Positions 1-9,914 are shown, numbered from the stretch's first letter. The stretch: DNA of 64,000 bases from an uncultured Spirochaetota bacterium (GCA_963845535.1 CAWJSK010000015.1:96001-160000); one strand, 5' to 3'. Numbers and translations are program-made. The notes: a model not told the origin generated them from the letters alone.

Positions 1-321
1 AGAGCAACCCCGGTTGCGCCGGCATGGGGCGCCAGCCAGCCCGCCTCCAGAATGGACCGTATGCCGGCTTCATCCGGCGCGCCTTCTCGAAAACTCCTGC
101 AGGATCGACGCGACCTTACGAGCGCATCGAAAAAAGTACCTTCCATTAATCCCGTCCTTGCCACCGAGAGTAGCACGATTCGAGGTGATTCGGCGGAAGC
201 GGAAACGAACGCGGTAAGGTGGTCAGGGAAACGAGCTGAAGCCGGAGAGCGCGCGGGTGGACTGTGGCGCTCTCCGTTCGCGAAGAGCGCCCACAATCCT
301 GGCTGAAGAGCCGAACCTGCT

Positions 322-855
322 TCACTGGTCCTGGTCGTCGTCCCCAAACGCGGAGCCCGTCATGGGACCGCCGTCTCCGAGGGCGGGTCCGTCAGACCCC
401 ATCAATGGTCGGCCCCCGCCCATGGGGCCGCCGACGCCGGGGCGATGCATCTGGTAGAAGGCACGGTGCCCCCCGCCCACCCACTGTCGAATGAACCGCG
501 AATAGGCCGGGAAGTTGTCGTCTCCGATGATCTGCCTCAGCTGAACCCGCGCGCCGACGAACGCTTTCATCAGGTCAGCGGTGGTCTGGGATATCTGCGT
601 GATGTAGCCGTTGACCTCCTGCATGTTCGGACTGGCCGGCAGGAGGGCCTTTTCCATCTGGGCATGCAGCAGCCTGATCTGGACAGCGTCCTGCCTGACA
701 GAGGTCCTCGTCTTCGACTGGATGTCGAAGACCTGGGCGATCTGCGAATCGTTGAGACCAAAGGTCTTCAACATGGTGGACTCCTGGTCCCGCGGGCTCT
801 GAGCGAACAGCGCAACCGGCAGCACCAGGAAAACAAGGGGAATGAGTCGCTTCAT
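322..855 (-). CDS. Secreted Spy/CpxP-like helical periplasmic protein
   Basis: ATG at 855 with an AGGAGA RBS; signal peptide MKRLIPLVFLVLPVALFA; 'FGLNDSQIAQV' resembles the L-x-x-x-Q motif; Gly/Met/Pro-rich tail. Confidence 0.6.
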   Translation of the reverse strand: MKRLIPLVFLVLPVALFAQSPRDQESTMLKTFGLNDSQIAQVFDIQSKTRTSVRQDAVQIRLLHAQMEKALLPASPNMQEVNGYITQISQTTADLMKAFVGARVQLRQIIGDDNFPAYSRFIRQWVGGGHRAFYQMHRPGVGGPMGGGRPLMGSDGPALGDGGPMTGSAFGDDDQDQ

Positions 856-946
856 ACGAATGTCTCCTCTCATGGGCACCAAAGTACCCGAGGCTTCACC
901 AGACATCCATAAACATGGCTTGAAAGGAGAATAATACTCTGTTATG

Positions 947-1726
947 TCAGAACGCGCCCACGACCCGCTTCGCATCCCGTGAGCGCGGGTGCGGTTTGAG
1001 ACGGTGATGCTGCAGGAACCACTCGAACAGCTTCGAGCTCTCGTACACCGCCGTCCAACAGTCGTGGTCCAGATCGGGATAGAGAGTGAAACGCACTTTG
1101 CCGCCCGCTTTTCGCAGGGCTTCCACCATTGACGAGGACTCGCTGGGGAGGACATTCGTGTCCTTGGCTCCGTGAAACGCCCACACGGGCACGTCTTTCA
1201 GCACCTTTGCCTCGTCCGTGTCTCCCCACCCGGCAACCGGCGCGATTGCCGCAAAGAGATCGGGATAGCTCGTGGCCATGCGCCACACGCCGTTTCCTCC
1301 CAGGCTCCATCCCGTAAGGTACATCCTGTCACGGTCCACGCGGATGTCCGGCAGCAGAGCATCCAGCAGCGCCTTCAACTCCGCCGGGTTCCACCGTTCC
1401 TTGTCCTCGGGCAACTGCGGTGAAATGACGATGAACGGGAAGCTGCGGACCTGTTCCAGGTAGGCCGGAAGGCCGTTTCGTCTCACGATCTCCACATCGT
1501 CTCCTTTCTCGGTGCTTCCGTGGAGAAAGAGGATGAGCGGCCATCGCTTTTTCCCGTCTGAGTGATAGCTTCCGGGGAGATAGAGGAGATAGCGGATCAT
1601 CACATATCTCCCGGTAACCAGGACCTTCCTTTGCTGGGGAAGCCCCCTGAGGGTCCTTGGGTGAGCGGCCACGGGAAATACGAATGCCGTGAGAAGGCAC
1701 AGTCCAAGCGCCCAGATTCTGACCAT
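947..1726 (-). CDS. Secreted alpha/beta-hydrolase (phospholipase/carboxylesterase, predicted peptidase family)
   Basis: PLILFLHG; nucleophile elbow GWSLGG; WAFHGAKD; HDCW; N-terminal signal peptide. Confidence 0.85.
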   Translation of the reverse strand: MVRIWALGLCLLTAFVFPVAAHPRTLRGLPQQRKVLVTGRYVMIRYLLYLPGSYHSDGKKRWPLILFLHGSTEKGDDVEIVRRNGLPAYLEQVRSFPFIVISPQLPEDKERWNPAELKALLDALLPDIRVDRDRMYLTGWSLGGNGVWRMATSYPDLFAAIAPVAGWGDTDEAKVLKDVPVWAFHGAKDTNVLPSESSSMVEALRKAGGKVRFTLYPDLDHDCWTAVYESSKLFEWFLQHHRLKPHPRSRDAKRVVGAF

Positions 1727-1883
1727 GCCCGCGCATACTACAACGGACCGACGCCCGAGCGCCAGCGCCCGGGAGTCTTCGTCGCGGCACCCGCCAATGG
1801 CGCCCGGCGATAGGGGACTGGCCGATCGGCGAGTTCCCGTCGTTCGGTCCCGGGTGTACCTTGGATCACGAAGGAGGATGCGA

Positions 1884-2771
1884 ATGGCAAATACCTTGAA
1901 AGAGATTTCGCACTCGCTGCGTGAGGCAATCCGCCGGGCTTCGGCGTTCACCGTGGCCCTGGAACGAGAGCCCTACTCGGTGAGCGGCGTGCTTATTGGC
2001 GGGGACCGGGTACTCACGGCGAGCCACTGCGTGGGGGACGAAGGAGCCGTGGTGGTCATGCCGGACGGGAAGAAGGTCAACGCGACCCTGGCCGGCCGGG
2101 ACCCCGTGCACGATCTGGGGCTCCTCCGCCTGGGCGGGGACGTCCAGGCGCCGTCGCCCGGCGCTGCGTCGGTGGAGGTTGGGGACCTTGTTGTTTCCCT
2201 CAAACGGGATTCATTCGACGGGATCAACGCTTCTCTCGCCATGGTCAGCGCGGCAGGGTCCAAGCTGAGGCTGGGACGGATCGGCGTGCTGGAGAAGTAC
2301 CTGCAGACAGACACGGACCGCCTGAGCGGAACCACAGGGGGGCCTCTTGCCGACGCGGACGGCGCGCTCGTGGGCATCCAGGTCTTCAACCGGCGCATGG
2401 GAGCCGAAGTAATCATCCCCACGGAGCTGGCTCTTTCTCGGGCGCGGCTTCTGGAGCAGAACGGGAGCGTCCCGAGGCCGTACCTCGGGGTGAGAAGCCA
2501 GAGGGTGGCCTTGTCAGCGGCCGCGCGGGAAGCGGTCAAAGGCAGGCAGGAAACGGGCCTGCTCCTCGTGTCGGTTGAAACGGGAAGCGCCGCGGAGAAA
2601 GCCGGCCTCGAGGTGGGGGACATCCTCGTTGGCCTGGGAGGGGCCCCCGTTGCCGACCACGAGGAGCTGGTCGGTTTGCTGGCGGAGCATGGGGCGGGAG
2701 CGGGAGTGGAGGTGGAGGTGATCCGCGGCGGCGCGCGGAGAGCGCTTTCCCTCTCCATAGGCGGCGTATGA
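1884..2771 (+). CDS. Trypsin-like (S1C/HtrA) protein with PDZ domain; catalytic Ser replaced by Thr
   Basis: AGGAGG RBS before ATG 1884; TASHCV; DPVHDLGLL; SGTTGGPL where GxSGGPL is expected; PDZ 'YLGV...GSAAEKAGLEVGD'. Confidence 0.85.
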   Translation: MANTLKEISHSLREAIRRASAFTVALEREPYSVSGVLIGGDRVLTASHCVGDEGAVVVMPDGKKVNATLAGRDPVHDLGLLRLGGDVQAPSPGAASVEVGDLVVSLKRDSFDGINASLAMVSAAGSKLRLGRIGVLEKYLQTDTDRLSGTTGGPLADADGALVGIQVFNRRMGAEVIIPTELALSRARLLEQNGSVPRPYLGVRSQRVALSAAAREAVKGRQETGLLLVSVETGSAAEKAGLEVGDILVGLGGAPVADHEELVGLLAEHGAGAGVEVEVIRGGARRALSLSIGGV

Positions 2772-3130
2772 ACCTCACGCGCGCCCAGCCTCGCATTGTT
2801 GTTCGGGCGCGCGACCCCGTGCTGCGGTCCCTCATCCTGGAGCGCCTCTCGGGGCTCGGTGACCTCGCGGAGGAAGGTGACGGGACCGCTGCCGACGGGA
2901 GGGACGCGCTGGTGGTCGCGACGCGTTCGGAAACCTCCCTCACCCCGCGTGAGACGGAGGTGCTCGAGCTGCTTGCGCAGGGGATGGCCAACAAGGAAAT
3001 CGCCGCGCGCCTCTCCTTCAGCACGCATACCGCAAAGTTCCACGTGGAATCCCTCCTGAGGAAACTGGAGGCGGTCAATCGGGCGGAGGCGGTGAGGGAA
3101 GGGATCCGACGCGGCCTGATTGGCGTATGA
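2768..3130 (+). CDS. LuxR-family HTH regulator with a vestigial N-terminal domain
   Basis: LTPRETEVLELLAQGMANKEIAARLSFSTHTAKFHV; ATGA overlap with the upstream gene. Confidence 0.9.
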   Translation: MNLTRAQPRIVVRARDPVLRSLILERLSGLGDLAEEGDGTAADGRDALVVATRSETSLTPRETEVLELLAQGMANKEIAARLSFSTHTAKFHVESLLRKLEAVNRAEAVREGIRRGLIGV

Positions 3131-3148
3131 ATCCGCCGCACCTGATTA

Positions 3149-3195
3149 TTAACAGTTTTTAACCTGCGTTTCACCCGCGCTTAACACTTCCTTAG
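3149..3195 (+). promoter_or_regulatory. TTAA-N6-TTAA direct-repeat box plus an imperfect second box and -10-like TAGTAT
   Basis: ttaacagtttttaa at 3149-3162 and ttaacacttccttagtat from 3181, in an AT-rich patch; same motif occurs upstream of both htrA paralogues. Confidence 0.45.
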
Positions 3196-3199
3196 TATC

Positions 3200-3283
3200 A
3201 TGAAAGAGGCAAGAGACGAGAAAGTTCCAAGCCTTTTTCATCCAAGGGGCCTGCCGGGTTCCGGCCAGGTCCCTTCTTTTTTT
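3200..3283 (+). ncRNA. Candidate small RNA of about 80 nt
   Basis: Lies between a promoter-like patch and a strong intrinsic terminator; no recognisable protein. Confidence 0.35.
3244..3283 (+). terminator. Rho-independent terminator
   Basis: aaggggcctgccgg-gtt-ccggccaggtccctt followed by a T7 run. Confidence 0.75.
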
Positions 3284-3324
3284 CCCCGGGAGAAGCTACG
3301 ATATTCAAGAAAGGTTCGTGAGAA

Positions 3325-3993
3325 ATGGCCGCCATGAAGCCCATGGAGATATTCCAGAGTTTCCCATACCTGAACGCCATGCCGCGCGAAGCGAAAGAGG
3401 AGCTTTCCCAGCGGTCCGTCGTCAAGAGCCTTTCCCACAAGCAGGTCCTCGTGAACGGCGGAGACTGCCAGCACCTGCCTTTCGTCCTGAGCGGGACCCT
3501 ACGCGTGTACAAGGTGAGCGAGACGGGCAAGGAGCTGACCCTGTACAGGATCGACCGCGGGGAGAGCTGCATCCTTTCCGCCACCTGCATTCTCAACACG
3601 AGCACGTTCCCCGCAATGGTGGAGGCGGAGGGGCCCACCGAAGTGATCCTGATCCCCTCCCAGCTTTTTTCCCGCTGGGTGGAGGCATACCCCGTGTGGA
3701 GGCGTTTCGTTTTCGGCATCTACGAGAAACGCCTCGATATGCTGCTCACCCTCGTGGAAGAGGTGGCTTTCCGCCACGTGGACGCCCGAGTGGCGGCCTA
3801 CCTCGCCGCCGGGACGGGAGCGGAGGGCGGCAGCGTGTCCGCCACGCACCAGCAGATTGCCTCGGAGGTCGGCACTTCCCGCGAGGTCGTGAGCCGGATC
3901 CTGAGAGACCTGGAAGAACAGGGCCTTCTTGTCACCGAAAGAGGGCGGATCAAGATCCTCGACCGGGCGGGATTATCCTCGAGAACGGAATAA
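3325..3993 (+). CDS. Crp/Fnr family transcriptional regulator
   Basis: cNMP-binding fold (GKELTLYRIDRGESC); HTH THQQIASEVGTSREVVSRIL; start may be ATG 3334. Confidence 0.92.
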   Translation: MAAMKPMEIFQSFPYLNAMPREAKEELSQRSVVKSLSHKQVLVNGGDCQHLPFVLSGTLRVYKVSETGKELTLYRIDRGESCILSATCILNTSTFPAMVEAEGPTEVILIPSQLFSRWVEAYPVWRRFVFGIYEKRLDMLLTLVEEVAFRHVDARVAAYLAAGTGAEGGSVSATHQQIASEVGTSREVVSRILRDLEEQGLLVTERGRIKILDRAGLSSRTE

Positions 3994-4018
3994 GCTCTCA
4001 CCTCTTGCCACGGGCGTT

Positions 4019-4061
4019 CGTGATTTCAGTCACAGAAGCCGGCGCGTTTTCCGTGTATTCT
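4019..4061 (+). promoter_or_regulatory. CRP/FNR-type box with a class II-like promoter
   Basis: cGTGA-tttcag-TCACA at 4019-4034 and -10-like TATTCT at 4056-4061, which puts the box centre near -41.5. Confidence 0.6.
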
Positions 4062-4101
4062 TGCTACTGCAATCGCGATACATTTGAGCGAGAGGATGAG
4101 C

Positions 4102-5769
4102 ATGAAGCTTGTGATAATCGGAGGAGTCGCCGGAGGAGCCACGGCCGCGGCGCGGGCGCGCAGGATCAGCGAAAGCGCTGAGATCACCATCGTGGAACGC
4201 GGCCCGTACGTATCATACGCCAATTGCGGACTTCCTTATTTCATCTCGGGAGACATCAAGAAGCGTTCGCGCCTCCTCCTGCAGACGCCGGAAGGGTTCG
4301 ACAGCCGCTACGCGGTCAAGGTCCTTACCGAGACCGAGGCGCTGGAGATCGACAGGGCCGGCCGGCGCGTCCGTGTGCGCGGACCGGAAGGGGAGAGTTA
4401 TCTCCCCTATGACAAGCTCATCCTGGCGCAGGGCGGACGTCCCATTGTTCCCGCAGTGGCTGGAGCGGATGCGCCGAACGTATTCACAATCTGGACGGTT
4501 CCCGACATGGACCGGATCAACGATTACATCGAGAAAAAAAGCCCGCTTTCGGCGGTGATCGTGGGAGGCGGCTTCATTGGCCTGGAAATGGCGGAGGCAT
4601 TCACCCGGCGCGGAATGGAAACGACCGTCGTTGAAATGATGCCTCGCCTGATGCCTGCCCTTGATCCCGAGTTCGGCTCCCTGATCTCCCAACGCCTGGA
4701 GTCCCGCGGTGTTCGCGCGATGGTTGGAAAAGGCATCACGGCCATCCACTCATCACCGCGCCAGGTCGAGCTGGAGGGGGGGACGCGCGTGTCCGCCGAC
4801 ATGGTCCTTCTCTCCGTCGGCGTACGGCCTGAGACGGAGCTTGCCCGCGCTTCGGGTCTTGCCATCGGTGAGGCCCGCGGCCTGCTCGTGGACCAGCGGA
4901 TGCAGACATCGGATCCTGACATCTATGCGGTGGGAGACATGGTTGAGATTGTTCACCGGGTGCTCGGCCGCAGTGTCCGCATTCCGCTCGCAGGGCCCGC
5001 CAACCGCCAGGGGCGTGTGGCTGCTTCCAACGCGCTGGGAGTCCCCCTGAGATACGCGGGCGGCCTGGGAACGAGCGTCGTGAAGGTTTTCGACGCCGCC
5101 GTGTCCAGCACCGGGCTCACGGAAGCCGCAGCGCTGGCGGCCGGGCTTGACGCGGGGGCCGCGGTTGTCGTGAAGGAGCACCACGCCGGCTACTACCCCG
5201 GCGCCCATGAGCTCTACCTGAAAGTCGTTTATGATCGCGGGACCGGACGCCTCCTGGGAGCGCAGGCGTTCGGTGAAGAAGGAGTGGAGAAGCGGGTGGA
5301 CGTGGTCGCCACGGCCCTGGCAGGCGGGATGAACCTCCAGGCGGTGGCGGACCTTGACCTTGCGTACGCGCCGCCGTTCTCTTCCGCAAACGACCCGGTG
5401 AATATGGCGGCGTTCGTCGCCTTGAACGATCTTTCGGCCTTCAGCCCGACCATTACCGCGGGCGCGCTGAAGCGCGCCCCGAAATCGCCCTCCGCGGACC
5501 GGCAGCCCCTTCTTCTGGACGTAAGGACCTTGAACGAGTTCGAGACATCGCACCTGAAGGGCGCCATGCACATCCCGCTGGATGAGCTGCGTTTCCGCCT
5601 GGATGAGCTTCCCCGCGGGAAGCCGATCATCCTGTACTGCCGGAGCGGATACCGGGCGCACCTGGCTTTGAGGATTCTGAAAGAGAACGCCTTTGAGGAC
5701 GTGAGGAACATTACAGGGGGCTTCCTCAGTATCATTGCCGAAGGCGGCTTCGAGATCGAGTCATCGTAA
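4102..5769 (+). CDS. CoA-disulfide/persulfide reductase with C-terminal rhodanese domain (CoADR-RHD/Npsr type)
   Basis: GGVAGG FAD motif; SYANCG redox Cys; GGGFIGLE; LAYAPPFS; rhodanese YCRSGYR. Confidence 0.93.
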   Translation: MKLVIIGGVAGGATAAARARRISESAEITIVERGPYVSYANCGLPYFISGDIKKRSRLLLQTPEGFDSRYAVKVLTETEALEIDRAGRRVRVRGPEGESYLPYDKLILAQGGRPIVPAVAGADAPNVFTIWTVPDMDRINDYIEKKSPLSAVIVGGGFIGLEMAEAFTRRGMETTVVEMMPRLMPALDPEFGSLISQRLESRGVRAMVGKGITAIHSSPRQVELEGGTRVSADMVLLSVGVRPETELARASGLAIGEARGLLVDQRMQTSDPDIYAVGDMVEIVHRVLGRSVRIPLAGPANRQGRVAASNALGVPLRYAGGLGTSVVKVFDAAVSSTGLTEAAALAAGLDAGAAVVVKEHHAGYYPGAHELYLKVVYDRGTGRLLGAQAFGEEGVEKRVDVVATALAGGMNLQAVADLDLAYAPPFSSANDPVNMAAFVALNDLSAFSPTITAGALKRAPKSPSADRQPLLLDVRTLNEFETSHLKGAMHIPLDELRFRLDELPRGKPIILYCRSGYRAHLALRILKENAFEDVRNITGGFLSIIAEGGFEIESS

Positions 5770-5790
5770 CCCTGGAGGAGGATTGGTTTC

Positions 5791-6060
5791 ATGAGCACAG
5801 TCAAGGAAAAGATCGCCAAAGGCGCCCGTATCATTGACGTGAGGACACCCGCGGAGTTCAGGGATGGATCATACCCCGGGGCAATCAACATCCCCCTTGC
5901 GTCCCTTATGGCGCGTATGAATGAGCTGGAGCCCAAGGACGCTCCGATCGTGCTGTTCTGCGCCTCCGGCGCCCGCAGCGCCCAGGGCGCACGGCTTCTG
6001 AAGACGGCGGGGTTCTCGGACGTCGTCAACGCCGGCGGCCTCGAGGACATGCCGCAGTGA
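5791..6060 (+). CDS. Single-domain rhodanese (sulfurtransferase)
   Basis: IIDVRTPAEF; GAINIPL; active-site loop FCASGARS; GGAGGAGG RBS. Confidence 0.92.
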   Translation: MSTVKEKIAKGARIIDVRTPAEFRDGSYPGAINIPLASLMARMNELEPKDAPIVLFCASGARSAQGARLLKTAGFSDVVNAGGLEDMPQ

Positions 6061-6094
6061 GCTCCCCGCGCCGTTCGGCGAGCCAGGGGGAGGC

Positions 6095-6679
6095 ATGAGC
6101 TACGTCGACCCCCCGGCCAGGATCCCGGTGATCCTTCGGCTTGCCATCTTTCTCGTGGAAAGGCGCCTCGGGAAAACGCTCCTTGCCACCCGCGTCCTTG
6201 CCTGGTATCCGAAGCTCCTGATCGGTTCGGGGATCATGGAGAGCCTTGTCGCCCATGACGAGCCCGAGGTGCCCCGGCGGCTTCTGGGCCTGATCCGCCT
6301 GCGTACGTCGTTTCTGGTTTCCTGCCCTTTCTGCATCGACATGAACGGGAAAGAGCTGCTGGAGCGCGGGATCAGCGCCCGGGAGATCAGCGCGCTGCAA
6401 GGGCGCATTCCCCTTGGAGAAGTCTCTTCCTTCAGCGAAAGGGAGCGAGTGGCGATGGCGTATGTACAGTGCATCTGTTCCACGCCGCTTGCTTTCCCGG
6501 CGGCGCTGATCGAACGGGTCCGTTCCCATTTCTCCCCGCGCGCCATCGTCATCATCGCGGGCACGTGCGCTCAGGTGAACTTCTGGGCTCGGCTCATCCA
6601 ATCCCTCGGCGCTCCGCCGGCGGGGTTCTCCGCGCAATGGCCCATCCTGAATCTCGAGGCGTACACGACTCTCAAATAG
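6095..6679 (+). CDS. Carboxymuconolactone decarboxylase/AhpD-like protein
   Basis: LIRLRTSFLVSCPFCIDM (CxxC); FSERERVAMAY; AQVNFWAR. Confidence 0.8.
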   Translation: MSYVDPPARIPVILRLAIFLVERRLGKTLLATRVLAWYPKLLIGSGIMESLVAHDEPEVPRRLLGLIRLRTSFLVSCPFCIDMNGKELLERGISAREISALQGRIPLGEVSSFSERERVAMAYVQCICSTPLAFPAALIERVRSHFSPRAIVIIAGTCAQVNFWARLIQSLGAPPAGFSAQWPILNLEAYTTLK

Positions 6680-6726
6680 CCGCTGGTTCTGGACTTTTTC
6701 CCACCCCCTCGCTAAGTTTCTTCACA

Positions 6727-9288
6727 ATGTCAAAAGGTGGTCGGCCGAAGTCGGTTTCTGACCGCGCGGCTGGATCGTCCGTAATTGAAGCGCGGCAACG
6801 CGCCATGCCCTTGCTTTCCCGGTTGGACCCCGTTTTTGTCTTCCAGCGGGAAACACGAGGAGGAGGACTGCGCCTCGTGGCCCAGAACGACGCCGCATCC
6901 CGCCTCGTGGACCCTGAGACGGCGGGAGGCAATGGTGACTCGCAGGCTTCCTCTCCCGCTTCCGACCCTCAGATCGAGGCGCTCCTTCAGGCCTGCGCAG
7001 CCGCCGGAGCCGCCCGGAGGAGAGACGTGGTGTGGCGGTCTCTCGCTTCCGGTGACGAAAGACTGATGGGCCTGACCGCCGAGCCCCGCGAGCCTGATCT
7101 GGTCGTCCTTACCGTTGAGGACAGGGGAGGGGACCCGGAATCCCGTCGAAAGCTCGCCGTCATGCATGCGTTGGCGGAAATCTCCGCCGGCTGCGCCGGT
7201 CGAGTGGCGTTCCTGGCGAACACCGCGCGTCTCCTTCAAGGCTACCTGGGAACCGACCAGGTCAGCTTCTGTGAGAACGCAAGGGCTTCTGATGACCCCG
7301 AGATCCAGGAAGTCCCCGTGCGCGCGGAAGGCGCTTCCCTTGGCCTGCTGCGCATTCGGGCTCCGGCGCCCATGGACGCGTTCACGCTCGAGTTCCTGGA
7401 GACCCTGGGCAACCTCATGGGGGAGACCCTGCGACGGATCGATCAGGAAACCCTGCTTTCGGACACTGAGGAGTACTATCAACTTCTTGCCGCCAGCACA
7501 GACAGCGCCATCGTCATTTTCGACGCCCAGGGAAGGATCCGCGGCTGGAACGCCGCGGCAGAGAAAATGTACGAGTACAGCGCGTCCGAGGTCGTCGGCA
7601 GGAGCTGCGCCGTCCTGTATTCGGAGGAGGACGTGGCGCGCGGCAAGCCTGAGGACGACCTTCGCCGGGCCCGTCAGAAAGGGGCCTTCCAGGAAGAAGA
7701 AGCCATCCGCAAGCGCAGGGACGGCGAGCTGTTCGTGGCCAGCGCCAGGACGACCGCGCTCATCGACGATGAAGGGAGCCTCCGGGGATATGCCCGAACG
7801 CTTCGCGACATCACGGCGCGCAAGAAGAGCGAAACCGAGCTCCGCCGCAACCTGGCGGCTCTCGACAAGCGCGTACGCGAGCTGCGGTGCCTGTACGAGG
7901 TTGCCGCGCTGATCAGCGACCAGGCGCTCCCTCTGCCGTCGGTCATGCGCGGCGTGACGGACCTCGTCGCGCGGTCGTACCAGTACCCGGATATCACGTG
8001 CGTGAGGATCCGCGTCGGGGAGGACGTCTACGAGACGGAGGGTTTCGTGGAAACCGCATGGGAGCAGACCGCCACCGTCGGCACCCTCTCTTTGAACCAG
8101 GGGACGCTCCAGGTCTGCTACCGCGAGGAGCGGCCCGAGGCCGATGAAGGCCCTTTCAGCGAGGAGGAGCGGGATCTCATCGAGAGCATCGGCCAGCTCC
8201 TGGGAGACTTTCTCGAAAGGCGGATGACAGCCGACGCCCTGCGGAGGACCAACGCCCTGCTGGAGACCCTCTTCGCCAGCACGAACTACAAGATCGCTTT
8301 TCTCGACAACGATTTCCGCTATATCAGGGTCAATGACTCGTACGCGCGCTCATGGGGGCGCGAAGCCGCCGACTACGTCGGGGGCAGCCATCTGGAGCTC
8401 TTTCCCGGGGACGCGCAGATCTTCCGCGAGGTGCTTCGCACGGGCATCCCGTACATCGCGGCTGACAAGCTTCGCGAGGTCCCGGGCCATGACAGCTCTT
8501 CGTCCCCGACCTACTGGGATTGGGAGCTGTTTCCCATGTCGGGCGAGGGGATCGCGGGGTTCGTGCTCATCCTCGTGGACAGGACCCGTCGGCACATGGC
8601 GCGCAGGGACCTGGAGACCTCCCGCGAGGAGCTTCGCAAGCTCGCCTCCCATTTGCAGGAGCTTCGTGAGGATGAGAGGAAGTACATCGCTCGGGAGATC
8701 CATGACGAGCTCGGGGGGCTGCTGACCGCCCTGAAGATGGAGATATCGCTCCTGGGAAAGGGGCAATCCCCTCTCACCGGTTCGTGCCTGGATTCGTACG
8801 ACTCCGCCCTTGGTCTCGTGGACCAGTCGATCTCCATGATCCAGAGGATCACCTCGAACCTCAGGCCCCGGATTCTTGATGACTTCGGCCTGGTGCCGGC
8901 AATGGAATGGCATCTGAAGGACTTTCAGAAGCGCTCAGGGATCACCTGCTCCTTGAAAGCCGGCGGGAGAAGCCTCATGATGGAGAAGAACAGGGCCGCC
9001 GCCGTGTTCAGGATATTCCAGGAAGCGCTGACCAACGTCGCGCGTCACGCGCAGGCCACCTCGGTGAACATCGCGCTTCGCGCCCGGGGCGGGAAGCTGC
9101 ACATGAAGGTCGCGGACAACGGGATCGGGATCGAGGAATCCCGGGTGGTGGCGGCATCCTCGTATGGGATCATGGGCATCCGCGAGCGCGCGCAATCCCT
9201 CGGCGGCCAGGTGAAAATCCATGGCCATCAGGGCAAAGGCACGACGCTGGAGCTGGAGATCCCGCTGCCGGTAGAGGAGGGGGGATGA
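6727..9288 (+). CDS. Multi-PAS sensor histidine kinase (HisKA_3/NarX type)
   Basis: Two PAS domains; EDERKYIAREIHDELGG; QEALTNVARHA; DNGIG; start uncertain (6727 or 6805). Confidence 0.9.
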   Translation: MSKGGRPKSVSDRAAGSSVIEARQRAMPLLSRLDPVFVFQRETRGGGLRLVAQNDAASRLVDPETAGGNGDSQASSPASDPQIEALLQACAAAGAARRRDVVWRSLASGDERLMGLTAEPREPDLVVLTVEDRGGDPESRRKLAVMHALAEISAGCAGRVAFLANTARLLQGYLGTDQVSFCENARASDDPEIQEVPVRAEGASLGLLRIRAPAPMDAFTLEFLETLGNLMGETLRRIDQETLLSDTEEYYQLLAASTDSAIVIFDAQGRIRGWNAAAEKMYEYSASEVVGRSCAVLYSEEDVARGKPEDDLRRARQKGAFQEEEAIRKRRDGELFVASARTTALIDDEGSLRGYARTLRDITARKKSETELRRNLAALDKRVRELRCLYEVAALISDQALPLPSVMRGVTDLVARSYQYPDITCVRIRVGEDVYETEGFVETAWEQTATVGTLSLNQGTLQVCYREERPEADEGPFSEEERDLIESIGQLLGDFLERRMTADALRRTNALLETLFASTNYKIAFLDNDFRYIRVNDSYARSWGREAADYVGGSHLELFPGDAQIFREVLRTGIPYIAADKLREVPGHDSSSSPTYWDWELFPMSGEGIAGFVLILVDRTRRHMARRDLETSREELRKLASHLQELREDERKYIAREIHDELGGLLTALKMEISLLGKGQSPLTGSCLDSYDSALGLVDQSISMIQRITSNLRPRILDDFGLVPAMEWHLKDFQKRSGITCSLKAGGRSLMMEKNRAAAVFRIFQEALTNVARHAQATSVNIALRARGGKLHMKVADNGIGIEESRVVAASSYGIMGIRERAQSLGGQVKIHGHQGKGTTLELEIPLPVEEGG

Positions 9289-9914
9289 TCAAGGCGATAG
9301 TCTGCGACGACCATCCGATTTTTCGCGAAGGCTTGAAAAAGATCATTGGCCAGTCCCGCGACATCACCGTCACGGAGGAAGTGAGCGACGGTCCGGCTCT
9401 GATGGAGAAGCTCAAAGGCCGCAGGTTCGACGTGATCATCCTCGACATTTCCCTTCCGGGGGTCAACGGCCTGGACATCCTGAAAGACCTTCGCACGGCA
9501 GGAAAGTCCACGCCGGTGCTGATCCTGAGCATGCATCCGGAAGAGCAGTACGCCGTTCGAGCCCTGCGGGCCGGAGCATCCGGCTACGTGGCCAAGGCGA
9601 GCGTCCCGGAGGAGTTGCTGGCTGCAATTCGGAAAGTCGCCGCGGGGCGCAAGTACGTGAGCCCCAGCCTCGCAGAACAACTGGCGTCCGAGCTGGACGG
9701 GTCCTCGGAGAAGCCTCCGCACGAGAGGTTGTCCGACCGGGAGTTTCAGATCATGCGGATGATTGCCTCGGGACGGAAGGTCAAGGAAATAGCCGCCGAC
9801 CTCTGCCTCAGCCCGGCAACCATTGGCACCTACCGGGCGCGGATCCTCTCCAAGCTGAACCTCCAGAGCAACGCCGAGCTCATCCACTATACAATAGAAA
9901 ACAAGCTCGCATAG
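9285..9914 (+). CDS. NarL/UvrY-type response regulator
   Basis: CDDHPIFREG; LDISLP; LSDREFQIM HTH; ATGA overlap with the kinase. Confidence 0.95.
   Translation: MIKAIVCDDHPIFREGLKKIIGQSRDITVTEEVSDGPALMEKLKGRRFDVIILDISLPGVNGLDILKDLRTAGKSTPVLILSMHPEEQYAVRALRAGASGYVAKASVPEELLAAIRKVAAGRKYVSPSLAEQLASELDGSSEKPPHERLSDREFQIMRMIASGRKVKEIAADLCLSPATIGTYRARILSKLNLQSNAELIHYTIENKLA

Noticed and set aside
1..321. Short ORFs at the window start
   Set aside because: No motif or RBS support; probably intergenic DNA or the start of a gene leaving the window
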